DNA of 63,990 bases, the filler included, from Welwitschia mirabilis (Eukaryota): NCBI GenBank assembly GCA_051453625.1. It is 5 parts of one record of this genome, joined end to end, with 100 filler letters (N's around TTAATTAATTAA, not from the genome) between each part and the next. Parts side by side here need not be neighbours in the genome. Positions count along the whole stretch, not along the records: positions 48,676 to 61,812 come from JBOZIK010000001.1; 4 more parts are not named here. One strand, written 5' to 3'. Positions 48,941-61,912 of the stretch are shown here, piece after piece (within the stretch, counting starts at the first letter, position 1; every line of letters begins with the position of its first letter). A model generated the notes under the pieces. It had not been told where the DNA came from, made no database searches, and saw nothing but the letters and a program-made list of their open reading frames with translations. The position numbers and the translations under genes are program-made.

Positions 48941-51900
48941 AATTTGTACTTACATTAATTTAGTACAATTTTAAACCACTACCCATGTTATTCCTGAGGA
49001 AGAACAATAACTAAGTATAAACTTAGTTTTAGATCTAGACATTTTAAAATAACAAACATATTTTTGGTATTGTTGCTAGTATTATAGCATAGTAGTAGCT
49101 TAAAGGATTACTACTTTATCTTTTTTCAAAGTTATTTTACATAGTTTTTACTTTTATAGTGATGGGTATTAGTTCTCTCTTGTAATACCCAAACTAGTTT
49201 GTTTTTCTTTTCTTTTGGTTCTTTAGTTTTCCTTCTAGTGGTTGGCACTAATCAATTTAATGAAAATTAAATTAATCTAGTTTGTTTTTAAAGTTTTTTT
49301 AATTTTTTTCTAACTTGTTTTTGTAGGTTTAACATTTTGTTATAGGTTACATTAGGAGTAAAAACTTAAAAACTTTTAATTAACTTTGCATTACATTACA
49401 TACTTACTGCGTTTTCTATGTTTTTGTTTTTGTGTTTTTGCTGCATGTTGAAAACATTAAAATCTTTTAAAAATTTTCATGATTTCATTAATGTCTGGGT
49501 TTGAATTTTATGCACACTCTTCATTTTAGTTTTATTTCTTTGTAACCCTATTATGCAAAATGTTTTGCATGCGATTGGTGAAATTCTATATAAAAAATAA
49601 AACTGTAAATTGAATTTTGAATGGCATCATTGCCTACCCTTACCAGGCCACCATCCTTTTTGCCTAGAATACTTTGAGTTTTTAACTAAACACTCTATTA
49701 AAACCTAGAAACTAAATAAACTTGTAGGCTTTATAAAAAATGATCTAAAACTTACTTGAAACCTATTCTTGTATGCGTTAGACTATGATGAGATTAGAAG
49801 ATTAATTTGTAATAATATAAACTATTTACTGATCATGAAAAAATTCAAGAGATCAAATCCCAAAATGAAAACTAACCTGCTAAAGATTTCCAATAAGATC
49901 AAGCCTCCTCCTCTCAAAACGACCAAAATAATAATTAGCAAAATCTGTCATTCCTACAACAATAGTAACATGAATCAAATAACTTGATTAGAGGAGCCAC
50001 ATTTACTCAAGACTTAATTTTCCATCTAATGACCTACTACCTTACCTAAGAGGTAGCCAAACAATAAGTTGCTATTGCTGTTGCTGCTAACACAAATCAA
50101 CTTAGGCAAATCCTTCATGATTAACTCTAATCATAATGCCTTGGAATATCCTCATGCATGCTACTACTATTCATAGACTAAGGATTAGAGTTTAAACCCT
50201 TCACCATATAACTCTTGCCTTATTTCCATGGATTAGAGTCTAAGGATCTATACCTTGATCTCAAAGAATTTGAGTGTGTCCTATCAACTATTCACTAATA
50301 TCCAAGCACTCACAATGTCCTTAGGTTCATCTTATTTTTGTTCACTTTGACAAAAAGGGTGAAATAATGGTTGTACACTCTTAAACCCTTTTTTATAAGA
50401 TCTTGAATCAACCTTCATAAAGCTTTCATAACAATCTATCCCAATTATAAAATGAATGCCTTAAGGAAAGAAATTATGAATTACCAACAAAAGGAATGCA
50501 AAACCTTCATCTAAGCTCTTAGAGAGATTTAAACACCTACAAAAATGTTCCCAATATGGTTTTGAGCAGGGAAGGGAAATAATCTTTTTCTATGATAGTT
50601 TATCTACCAATAACCACCAATAGTTAAGATGATAAGTCGAGGAAACCTTTTTAGTATGCCTATAGATGAAGTTTGGGAATACCTTAAGAGTGTAATGGAA
50701 AGTTACAAAAATTGGGAGAAGCCAACAAAACCATCTAGATCTCATCATCCCATTAAATTGACAAGTGTTTTTAAGGTCTCTAAAATATTCAAAGTAAATA
50801 ACAAGATAAATGAACTAGCTTAAAGAGTAGAATCATTAATTACCTCGCCTTCACCTTCATCTGTGATCACTAAACCAAAATGTCTTATTTGCCATATTGA
50901 TATCCATAAAACAAACAAGTATCCCTTCATTCCTTTATTTCAAAACACTATTAATGAATAAGTTAATGCAGTAGGGCATCAATGGCAAGACACAAAAAAC
51001 GACCCATATTCTAACACATATAACCCCAGGTAAAGGAATCACCTCAACTCTTCTTGAAAGCAAGACAACCAAACTAATCAACCAAATAACCTATTTCCTT
51101 AATCCTCATCTTATGTATTTCAATCCAACTACTAGAAACCATCTCCCTCTATCCTGTTTGAGAAATTAGTAAATAAGTTCATGGATAACCAAGTTCAAAA
51201 TAACTGAAACCATGAATTAATCCTTAACTGACATTCCTCTTCATTAATTAAACTCGAGTGAAACACTCAATCCATTTCGTAAATCCTCTAATTAGTATAA
51301 TAAACCTAAATGTAGATTCTTTTTACATTGAAAGATAGAAATCAAGGAAAGCTTCAAATGAGTGCCCAACCATATACCAAGAAAGTTATTTTTATCAAAG
51401 AAGGGTCAAAACACTTAGAACAAATCAAAGTAATTCACCTTCGAGCTAGCATAGAGATTAATCAAGGGTTAATACAAAGTAAACCTAAAGATAAGGAAAA
51501 AGTGTGAAACAAAAAAGAAAAAACAAATACACAACTCCCTATTAAGAACCTTTACCATTACTCCAAGCTTTGAATAAAGAAAAGATAATAGACTTATAAG
51601 AATCATTGCTCACATACAAAGAGCCTTTACCTTATCTCCAATATCTTAGAAAGGAGAACATTAGAAAAAAACAACTTAATTCCTTAGAAATNNNNNNNNN
51701 NNNNNNNNNNNNNNNNNNNNNNNNNNNNNNNNNNNNNNNNNNNNNNNNNNNNNNNNNNNNNNNNNNNNNNNNNNNNNNNNNNNNNNNNNNNCCTTATCTC
51801 CAATATCTTAGAAAGGAGAACATTAGAAAAAAACAACTTAATTCCTTAGAAATTTTTAAAGAAATTAAGATTAAGATGCCTCTCTTGGAAATGATTAAAA

Positions 51901-52038
51901 AGGTTCCCTCTTATACAAAATTCCTTAAAGACATGTGCATGTAAAAACACACATGAATGTTAAGAGGACAACCTTTTGAGCCTAACAAACTAATTCAATT
52001 ATTCAAAAACAGTTTTTGCCCAAGTACAAAGATCCAAG
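48941..52038 (+). mobile_element. Athila-like 5' leader and gag, copy 2
   Basis: T-rich leader, then LPYFHGLESKDLYLDLKEF ... KKVPSYTKFLKDMC and KYKDP. Confidence 0.85.
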
Positions 52039-52048
52039 NNNNNNNNNN

Positions 52049-55000
52049 GTTAGTCTATTATGCAGATATTTCTCAGCACCAGGCGACTGACCTGTTAAAG
52101 AACTGTGACACTACTTCAGAATCAGATGACTGCACATGTAACACCGAGCAACCAAATTGACACAACAAAAGGAAGACCAGTTCAAAAATAGATAACCACT
52201 ATCAATACATAGGTAACTGCATTGCACTCAGTAAGATTAAATCTGATAGCAGGACAGGGGATTGACTAGATTACTAAGGGTGACCGCGTTACACTCAGTA
52301 AGATTCAATCTGATAGCAGGATGGGTGACCAACTAGATTACTAAGGATGACTGCACGACAAGCAGTAAAACCTGAATCTGGTGAATGCAAGGGTGACTAA
52401 CGGACGTGATAACTAGTGACCACATTCTACCCAGATTCTATCCTCATAAGGTTAACCGCATAAAAATTATTAGGGTAACCTGATGAAGGTCAACTACTTA
52501 TTAACGTAAGGGTGACTGAATATACACCTATTCTATACTGAGAATCTGCGACAAGTAAGGGCGACCAAATGGTAGGAATAAGAGCGACCGCATGGGTGGG
52601 CGACTGAGTCTCACACAAGGTCGACTATACAAAGAAAATATGTAATCATTATGAATTCAGTGGTTCATCATAATAAACACAAAAGTTTATTAAAAAGCAT
52701 AGCAGTTTACTTCTTTTTGTAGAAATGGTTACCTTGTATCTACTTTAGAAGAAGATATTGCTGTACCTTAGAGAAAATATCTATGCATCTATGCATCATT
52801 CTTTCTTCCATTCATTCGTGGTTGAAGATAATCCATAAAATCCTCTGTGGTTGTAGAAGATTATTTGGTNNNNNNNNNNNNNNNNNNNNNNNNNNNNNNN
52901 NNNNNNNNNNNNNNNNNNNNNNNNNNNNNNNNNNNNNNNNNNNNNNNNNNNNNNNNNNNNNNNNNNNNNNNNNNNNNNNNNNNNNNNNNNNNNNNNNNNN
53001 NNNNNNNNNNNNNNNNNNNNNNNNNNNNNNNNNNNNNNNNNNNNNNNNNNNNNNNNNNNNNNNNNNNNNNNNNNNNNNNNNNNNNNNNNNNNNNNNNNNN
53101 NNNNNNNNNNNNNNNNNNNNNNNNNNNNNNNNNNNNNNNNNNNNNNNNNNNNNNNNNNNNNNNNNNNNNNNNNNNNNNNNNNNNNNNNNNNNNNNNNNNN
53201 NNNNNNNNNNNNNNNNNNNNNNNNNNNNNNNNNNNNNNNNNNNNNNNNNNNNNNNNNNNNNNNNNNNNNNNNNNNNNNNNNNNNNNNNNNNNNNNNNNNN
53301 NNNNNNNNNNTTGGCTACTCCAAAGAGCAAAGACAAATGGATGCCGAATGAAAAATTAGCTGCAATGTGCAACTTCAAAGGTTTAAATGCCATTTTCTGT
53401 GCTATAGGTCCAGAATATTTTAAAAGAGTTGTGAATTTCACCACTACCAAAAAAGCATGGGACATATTGGAAACAACTCATGAAGGAATCAATCTAGTAA
53501 AGAAGGCTGAGCTTCAAATGCTGATCACTCAATTTAAAGATCTAAAGATGGAAGACGATGAAGGTATCAATGAATTTTTTTCAAAGCTAACAGATATTAT
53601 AAATTCTATGTGTCGCTTAGGTAAAACAATTGAAGAATTAAGAGTGGTTCACAAAGCCTTGAGATCTCTATCCAAAAGGTTCAAATCAAAAGTGACCACC
53701 ATTGAGGAAAGTAAAGACCTAAACATTATGAAACTGGATGAACTCTAAGGGAACCTTCACACTTTTGAGCTCAAATTTAAAAAATAGAAGAAGAAGAGTG
53801 TGGCATTAATTACCATACATAAAATTCTAGAGATCAAGGATGAATCTGACCAAGAACCAGAAAGCAATAATGAAGTGGCTCTTTTAGCCAGAAGATTCAG
53901 ATGCTTCATGTAGAGATGACAAGTTTGAGGTCAATCTAGGAGACCACCAAGAAGGAAAAGAGGAAGGACACCATGAAATATAGTGCTATTCTTGCAAAGG
54001 TTTTAGTCACACATCGAGTGTCTACCCAAACAACAGAAAAGATGAGGAAAGAAAAGGAAAGAAAGTCTTGTCAGCAACATGGGACAATGAAAAAAGTAAG
54101 AGTAAATAGAACTCAGATTCAAAACGTGGTGGTATCTCTCTCATGGCTATCATTAATGAAAAGGTATGCTCCTCCTCTCACATTTATTTAGTTATTAGTG
54201 AAGATACGCTAAATGATATAGAATTAGAATTGTATTGGGAATGTCAAAATTTGGCTTATAGAGTAAACCAACTGAGAAAAGAAAATAAACTCCTTCTAGA
54301 TAAGCTTGATATTAGGGAAAAGAAAATTAAAGACCTGAAAAGTAACCTTACCTCAACCTCCTATAGAGTTAAAGATCAAGTCTCTCGAAAATCGTTCCTT
54401 AATTCGTTTAATTCTTATCACTACTCATATTTCAAATCCTTGTCTAAGAAAAACTCTCAGAACTCTTTAGCTAATATCACCTTCCATTATTGTAACAAAA
54501 AGGGTCATTCTAAGATTGATTATATCTTTCACAAAAGTTTATTTCCTTACNNNNNNNNNNNNNNNNNNNNNNNNNNNNNNNNNNNNNNNNNNNNNNNNNN
54601 NNNNNNNNNNNNNNNNNNNNNNNNNNNNNNNNNNNNNNNNNNNNNNNNNNTTATATCTTTCACAAAAGTTTATTTCCTTACTCCATATTAGAATCTAAGT
54701 TTACTTTTTCCAAAAAATCATATCATGTTGCAAACAAAAACAAATATCTGAGGTGGATCCCAAAATACATAACTAAAAGCCTATTCATCCAAATGGCTTT
54801 AAAAGCAACTAATCATTCTAGTTGATATCTAGATAGTGGGTGCTCAATACATATGACAGGTGACAAGTCAAACTTCATCAGCTTCAAGGAATACAATGGA
54901 GGAGAAGTCACTTTTGGGGATAATGGAAGAGCTTAGGTTGAAGGTATTGGAAGCATTGGTGAAGGTAACTTTTCTAATATTCATAATATTTTATTTGTTA

Positions 55001-58000
55001 ATGGATTAAAGCATAATTTGTTAAGCATTAGTCAGATTTATGATAAAGGTCAAAAAGTGTTTTTTGATGAAAATAAATGTATTGTAAAACATGACAAAAC
55101 AGAACAACTATTACTTGTAGAAAATAGACATAAAAATGTATATTGTGTAAATCAATCGAATAGCTCTACATGTCTATCTTTTCATACTCAAGAAGAAGTT
55201 ATCTAGCATTAGTATTTAGGTCACATTAGTTTTAATACTTTGAAAAAATTATGTCGTGATAAGATAGTTAGAGGTCTTCCTAAAATCTCTTTTTCTCATA
55301 AAGGGCTATGTGACACTTGTCAAAAGGGAAAACAAACCAGAATGTCTCATAAGAAGGTTAGCAATATCACAACTAGTAAACCTTTAGATTTAATTCATAT
55401 AGATTTAGTTGGGCCTATTCAAACTGCGAGTCTATCTAGAAAAAGATATTTTCTAGTTATGGTTAATGATTTCTCTAGATTTTCATGGGTAGCTTTTCTT
55501 CATGTAAAATCTGATTCCTATGAAAATTTCATTAAAATTTACAAGAAGCTTCAAATAGAAAAGGGGTATGTAATAAAGAAAATACGAAGTGATTATGGTA
55601 AAGAGTTTGAAAATGAGAGTTTTGAACTTTATTACAACTCAAATGGAATTGGCCATGAGTTCTTAGCCCCTGAAACCCCTTAACAAAATGGAATAACTGA
55701 AAGAAAAAATTGAACTCTGCTAGATATGGCAAGAGTAATGCTAATTGACAAGAATATTCCAAAATGGTTTTGGGCCAAAGTAGTGAACATGGCTTGTCAT
55801 ATATCAAATAGGGTTTATTTGAGGCCTGGAACTTCTAAAACTTCTTATGAACTCTGGAAAGGAAAGAAGCCAAATATATCTTACTTTAACACTTTTGGAA
55901 GTAAATGTTTTATTTTGAGAGATAGAGAGGAACTAGCAAACTTTGATGCTAAGTCAGATGAAAGAATATTTTTAGGATACTCTCATTTTAGTAGAGCTTA
56001 CAGAGTGTTTAACAAATGAACTCTTCATATGGAAGAATCGATTAATGTAAAAATTTATGATGTTTCAGATTCCTCGAAATCCATTAATCTTGATGAAGAT
56101 TTAATTCCTTCTTATTCCATCAATCAAACTGAAGAAATTAAAAAAGATAAGTCAACATCAGAAATTAAGAAAATTAAGGATCATCCTCTAGAATCTATCA
56201 TTGGAAATGTTCAACAAGGTATTATTACTAGAAATTCTCTTAAAAACTTTAGTATTCATGTCTCTCTATTATCTCAAATAGAACCTAAATCTTTTGAAGA
56301 GGCTGAATCTGATCTTAGTTGGATCAATTTCATGCAAGAGAAACTTGAACAATTTACTAGAAATCAGGTTTGAACACTTGTTCTAAAACTAACTAAAAAA
56401 AATATCATAGGCATAAAGTAGATTTTTAGAAATAAAGGAAATGAGAAAAATGATATTACTAAGAACAAAGCTAGATTAGTGGCTCAAGGGTACTCCCATA
56501 TAGAAGAAGTAGATTGTGGAGACACATTTGCTCCAGTTGCTTGATTAAAATTAATCAAAATGTTTCTAGCTTTTAGTTGCTTCAAGAAAATGAAGGTCTT
56601 TCAAATGGATGCAAAAAGTTCATTTCTTAATGGACACATTGAAGAAGAAGTGTATGTAAAGTAACTTGAAGACTTCTCTGATCCCCATAAACCTGAGTAT
56701 GTATATAAACTTAATAAGACTTGTATGGATTAAAACAAGCTCCCAGAGCTTGGTATGAAAAGCTTTCATATTTCTTACTTAAACATGGCTTTTTTAGAGG
56801 CTCCATTGATAGAACTTTATTTAGAAAAGTTTTGGATGATTACTTAATTTTGGTTCAAATCTATGTGGATGATATTATTTTTGGGTCAACAAATGAAAAC
56901 TTATTAAATAAATTTGCAAAACTCATGAGTTCTAAATTTGAAATGAGCATGGCTGAACCTGTAAATATGTTTTTGGGTTTAAAAATTTAATAATATGAAT
57001 ATGATATCTTTATATATCAAAAGAAATACTCCTTAGATTTAATAAAGAAATTCAAACTAGAAAATGCAAAATGTATGAACTCTCTAATGGTCACAAATGT
57101 TAAACTTTCTCTAGATGAAAATGGCAAGGATGTGGATCAAAAGGTATATCGTAGTATTATTAGAAGTCNNNNNNNNNNNNNNNNNNNNNNNNNNNNNNNN
57201 NNNNNNNNNNNNNNNNNNNNNNNNNNNNNNNNNNNNNNNNNNNNNNNNNNNNNNNNNNNNNNNNNNNNGAGACATGTTTGCTCTAATTGCTAGATTAGAA
57301 TCAATTAAGATGTTTCTAGCTTTTACTTGTTTCAAGAAAATGAAAGTCTTTCAAATGGAAGTAAAAAGTGCATTTCTTAATGGAAATATTGAAAAAAAAG
57401 TATATGTTAAGCAATCTCAAGGTTTTTCTGATCCTCATAAACCTGAATATGTTTATAGACTCAACAAAGCCTTGTATGGATTAAAACAAGCTCCTAGAGC
57501 TTGGTATAAAAAGCTTTCATCATTCTTGCTTCATCATGGTTTTTATAGAGGCTTCATTGATAGAACTTTGTTTAGAAAGGTTTTGAATAATGATTTAATT
57601 CTATTTCAAATCTATGTTGATGATATTATTTTTGGATCAACTAATGAAAACTTGTCAAATGATTTTGTAAAACTCATAAGTTCTAAATTTGAAATGAGCA
57701 TGGTTGGACCTATGAATATGTTTTTGGGTTTACAAATTTAACAACATAAACATGGTATCTTTATAAATCAAAAGAAATACTCCTTAGATTTAATAAAAAA
57801 ATTTAAACTAGAAAATGCAACGTGTAGGGACTCTCCGATGGCCACAAATGTTAAACTTTCTCTAGATGAACATGGCAAGGATGTGGATCAAAAAGTATAT
57901 CATAGTATTACTGGAAGTCTATTATATCTAATAGCTAATAGCCCCGATATAGCTTTTAGTGTTGGCTTGTGTGCTAGGTATCAAAGCAAACCAAAGGAAT

Positions 58001-61000
58001 CACATCTTACTTCTATAAAGAGAATACTTTGCTATGTAAAAGGTACTCTAGACTTTAACTTATGATTTTTAAATGATACTCCTTTAAGCTTAACAGGTTA
58101 TAGTGATGCAAATTGGGTCGGATGCAAAGATGATTGCAACAGCACAAGAGGTGGATGATTTTTCTTTCGAAATTGTCTCATAGCCTGGTATAGCAAGAAA
58201 CAATGCTCCATATCTCTTTCTATAGCTGAAGCTGAGTACATAGCCGCTGAAGCATATTGCACTCAGATCTTGTAGATGAAAGAGACCCTAAAGGATTATG
58301 GCCTCAACATCATAGAAGTTCCAATCCTATGTGACAACTCAAGTGAAATTCAAATCCCTCATAACTCAGTTCAACACACCCACACGAAGCACATCAATAT
58401 CAGGTACCATTTTATTCGAGAATTGGTAGAAAAGAAAATAATTTCTTTGGAATATATATGCACTGAAGATTAACTGGCTCATATCTTTACGAAATCCTTA
58501 TCGTCGGATCATTTTTCAACTCTTTGTTATTTTATCAGTATCAAGTCTGAAAAGGACTTACCACACCCAGCCTCATCTAAATAATAAAATTTAGTTGGGG
58601 GGTTTAAATTTTTACTTGTCATATACATTTGAACACCGGGCGATCTCTTTTTAGATTAGGGTGACCGCTTATCTTTCGGTTTTCTTATTGTTAAACTTTT
58701 CTTCTTACTAGGTTGACTAACCATACCATTGGGTCGACTGGTCTGATCCCACTTTTTTTTCCTATAGTATCCTATAGCAAGTGAGTTGACTAAATAGTTT
58801 CTTTCGATCGACCTCTTTTAAGCATTATTTCTAGTTACATCAGGTTGACCTCACCTTACATCTAGGTCGACCGAGTTTAATTCTGTTTCAACTATTAAAT
58901 TCTTGTCTTGTAGGGTTAACTACTTATGTCTTTGGATTGATCGTCGCTTTACTATTTAGGTTTTTGAATTTTTACACAAGTTAACTGACCTTATGATCGG
59001 TTGCCCGTGTTTAAGGCAGTGCATCGCGGATTTTTAAAATCCACCTGCCCTTTGTCCTTTTCCTCAGTTTGTACTTTTGCTCTATCATTTTTGAGCTTTT
59101 AAAGGGCTCTCTTTAAATTTTTCCACGTGTTTTCTCTCAAATCTAGGCTTAACATGGCATCTCCATAACTAGGAGAGGGATATAGAAAGAGAAGAAAGGA
59201 AACAGTTGTCAAACCTCCAAGTTATGTATTCTCCAGAATGAGAATTGAACAACTGAGGCATTTTGAGAAGCATTTTGAGACCAGTCTAATAGCCTTGGAA
59301 AGAACTTGTGAGCCCATATAATTTTTAATCTTGAGGGAGGTTTAGACTTTACTAGAAGAAGTTAACTGGGGTTGTTTTCTTTACATCTCTGGTAACTAGG
59401 TTGTTTTATTCCAATGCTAGATATAGATCTTCTTTTCAGTCCACATTTATTACTTCAATATTTGACCAAGAAATACACATTACTACAGATCTAATAGCTT
59501 CCCTCACTGGACTTCCCAGAGGGAACTGGGGTGAGTACTGGCCTATGGTTGAATCTTTTTAAGAAAAGGACACAGCCACTCACCATGTGTGTGGCACTCA
59601 CATCACTTGGAAGAAGACTCGTAAAGCTTCCCAGCTTCTTCTAAGATTTCATCTGTTGCATCTTATAATGTCTTATAATTTCATGCCAGTTGTTGAGCAT
59701 AGAAATAAACTCTCCAACTATCGAGTCTTTCTACTTTTTGCACTAGAGAAGAGAAGAGACATTGATGCTCCTAGGATCATGCTAAAACACATGGACAAGC
59801 AGCTTTAGCCACACAAGAGGCATGCCCTGCTCTATCCTTTTGTCATCACTTTGATATTCCACATCTAGCTAGATTGAAGATCTAGAAGCCTATGGGACCT
59901 ATTGATTATGCCACATTGTCCAGGATGCATATTTTTGAAGAACCAGATGCTCCTTTTAGGCCTAAGGTCAAGGCCTTTCAGACCCCGGAGATCCTCCATC
60001 TCTTGCATCGTATTAATTTCCGAATTTGTCACATCAAGGAGGCACTTATTGCCAGTGGTACTCCAGTTACTAACATCTATTAGAGTAAGGGTGATCAGTC
60101 GTTTAAGTCCTTTGATTTCAATTAAGTTTGTGTATCTTTATTTGTATCTTCTACTTTCTAGCTGTGCTCCCTGTCCTTGATTTCATCAAAAAGAGGGAGA
60201 ATAATTTGTTATATTTTATTACTTCTTTATATTGCATTGGAAAAAATGTACCTTTTATAATGTAATGCAATTTTCGAGTAATACAAAGAAGATTACTTTT
60301 CTGTAAAAATCTATTTAGTCTTTTCTAATTTACTTTCATACAAAACTCATTTAAATTTAATTGTTTTCGAAGTTAAATGAGTTAGGAGGAGAACCCATAT
60401 GTTACATTATTGTTTTTCCTCAATCAATGACAAAGGGAGAGTTTGTTAAGAATCCATTATCATTGATTAATTTAACAAGTTTTTGTAGTTAGTCTATTGT
60501 GTAGATATTTCCCAGCAGTGGGTGACCAAGTTATAAGATCGAGCGACTGACTTGTTAAAGAACTATGACACTACTTCAGAATCGAGAAACTGCACATGTA
60601 ACATTGGGCAACCGAATTGACATAACAAAAAGAAGACCAGTTTAAACATGGGTGACCTCTATCGATACACGAGCGACCGCATTACACTCAGTAAGATTCA
60701 ATCTGATAGCAAGATAGGAGACCGACTAGATTATTAAGGGAAATCACACAACAAGCAATAAAACCTAAATCTGGTGAATGCAAGGGTGACCGACGGACAT
60801 GATGACGAGTGTGCATTTTACCCAGAATCTATCCTCATAAGGTTGAATGAATAAAAATTATGAGGGTGACCTGATGAAGGTCGACCGCTTATTGACATAA
60901 GGGCGACCTAATATGCACCTGTTCTATACTAAGAATATATGACAAGCAAGGGTGACCGAATGGTAGGAATAAGGGCTACTGCATAGGCGGGTGACCGAGT

Positions 61001-61612
61001 CTCATGCAAGGTCGACCATATGAAGAAAAAATGTAACCGTTATGAATTCAATGGTTCATCAGAATAAACACAACGGTTCATTAAAAAGCATAATGGTTTA
61101 CTTCTTCTTATGGAAACGATTACCTTGTGCATCTTCAGTATAAAAGCTCTCCTTTAATCAAAAGAGGACAAAACGGACTATAAAAATCTGAGACTGAAAA
61201 AGAAGAACTGTTATACTCTCTTAATATGCTATCTAAACAATCTTCAAGTTTAGATTTATGATTAACTTTATCATTGTATCTCCTTTAGAAAAAGATATTG
61301 TTGTACCTTAGAGAAAATATCTATGCATCTATGCATCATTCTTTTTTCCATTCATTTGTGATTGAGGATAAGCTATAAAATCTTTGTGATTGTGAAAGGT
61401 TATTTGGTGAGCCTAAAAACCATTATTGGAAGCTAATATATGCCAGCAAAGGACAAGGAGTCTAGGAAGTTGAAGGGTGGTGTCTATCCACCATTAAATA
61501 TCTTGTTTTTATATTGCTTTTCTACTTGTCTTATTTGCAGGTTATGAAGAACAAGGAAATTGTTATTAAAAAANNNNNNNNNNNTCTGTCTAGAGTCAAT
61601 CCTCTACTTTCA
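52049..61612 (+). mobile_element. Near full-length Sirevirus-like Ty1/copia element (5' LTR, gag-pol 53311-58550, extra ORF 59154-60083, PPT 60432-60441, 3' LTR 60444-61612)
   Basis: gag (KVTTIEESKDL), protease (YLDSGCSIHMTG), integrase (IHIDLVGP, IRSDYGKEF), RT (LYGLKQAPRAW, QIYVDDIIFGS) and RNase H (YSDANW, TKHINIRYHFIRE). Several purine tracts precede the 3' LTR. There are many in-frame stops. Confidence 0.93.
59154..60083 (+). pseudogene. Extra 3' (env-like/ORF3) reading frame of the Sirevirus-like element, disrupted
   Basis: Sense-strand broken frame between RNase H and the PPT, reading ..HLLHLIMSYNFMP.., HALLYPFVITLIF and GPIDYATLSRM. Confidence 0.65.
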
Positions 61613-61812
61613 TCCACAATAGGCATTACAATTGGAGATAAAAATATAAAGCAAACCTTATTAGATTTAGAAGCAAGTATCAACATTTTACTCCATTACA
61701 TCTGCAAGGAACTTAGCTTAAATGATCTTAAATGCACTAAAATACAATTGAAATTGGTAGATAATTTTGTAAAGTTACCCTTAGGGATAGTTGGGAACAT
61801 AATAGTTCAAGT
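61613..61812 (+). mobile_element. Resumption of the host Athila element (protease)
   Basis: TIGITIGDKNIKQTLLDLEASINIL continues the KYKDPSC motif that was cut by the copia insertion. Confidence 0.88.
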
Positions 61813-61912
61813 NNNNNNNNNNNNNNNNNNNNNNNNNNNNNNNNNNNNNNNNNNNNTTAATTAATTAANNNNNNNNNNNNNNNNNNNNNNNNNNNNNNNN
61901 NNNNNNNNNNNN

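Noticed and set aside
51628..51855. Tandem duplication in gag across the gap (also 54519-54680)
   Set aside because: Near-identical sequence on both sides of about 100 N indicates unmerged contig overlap.
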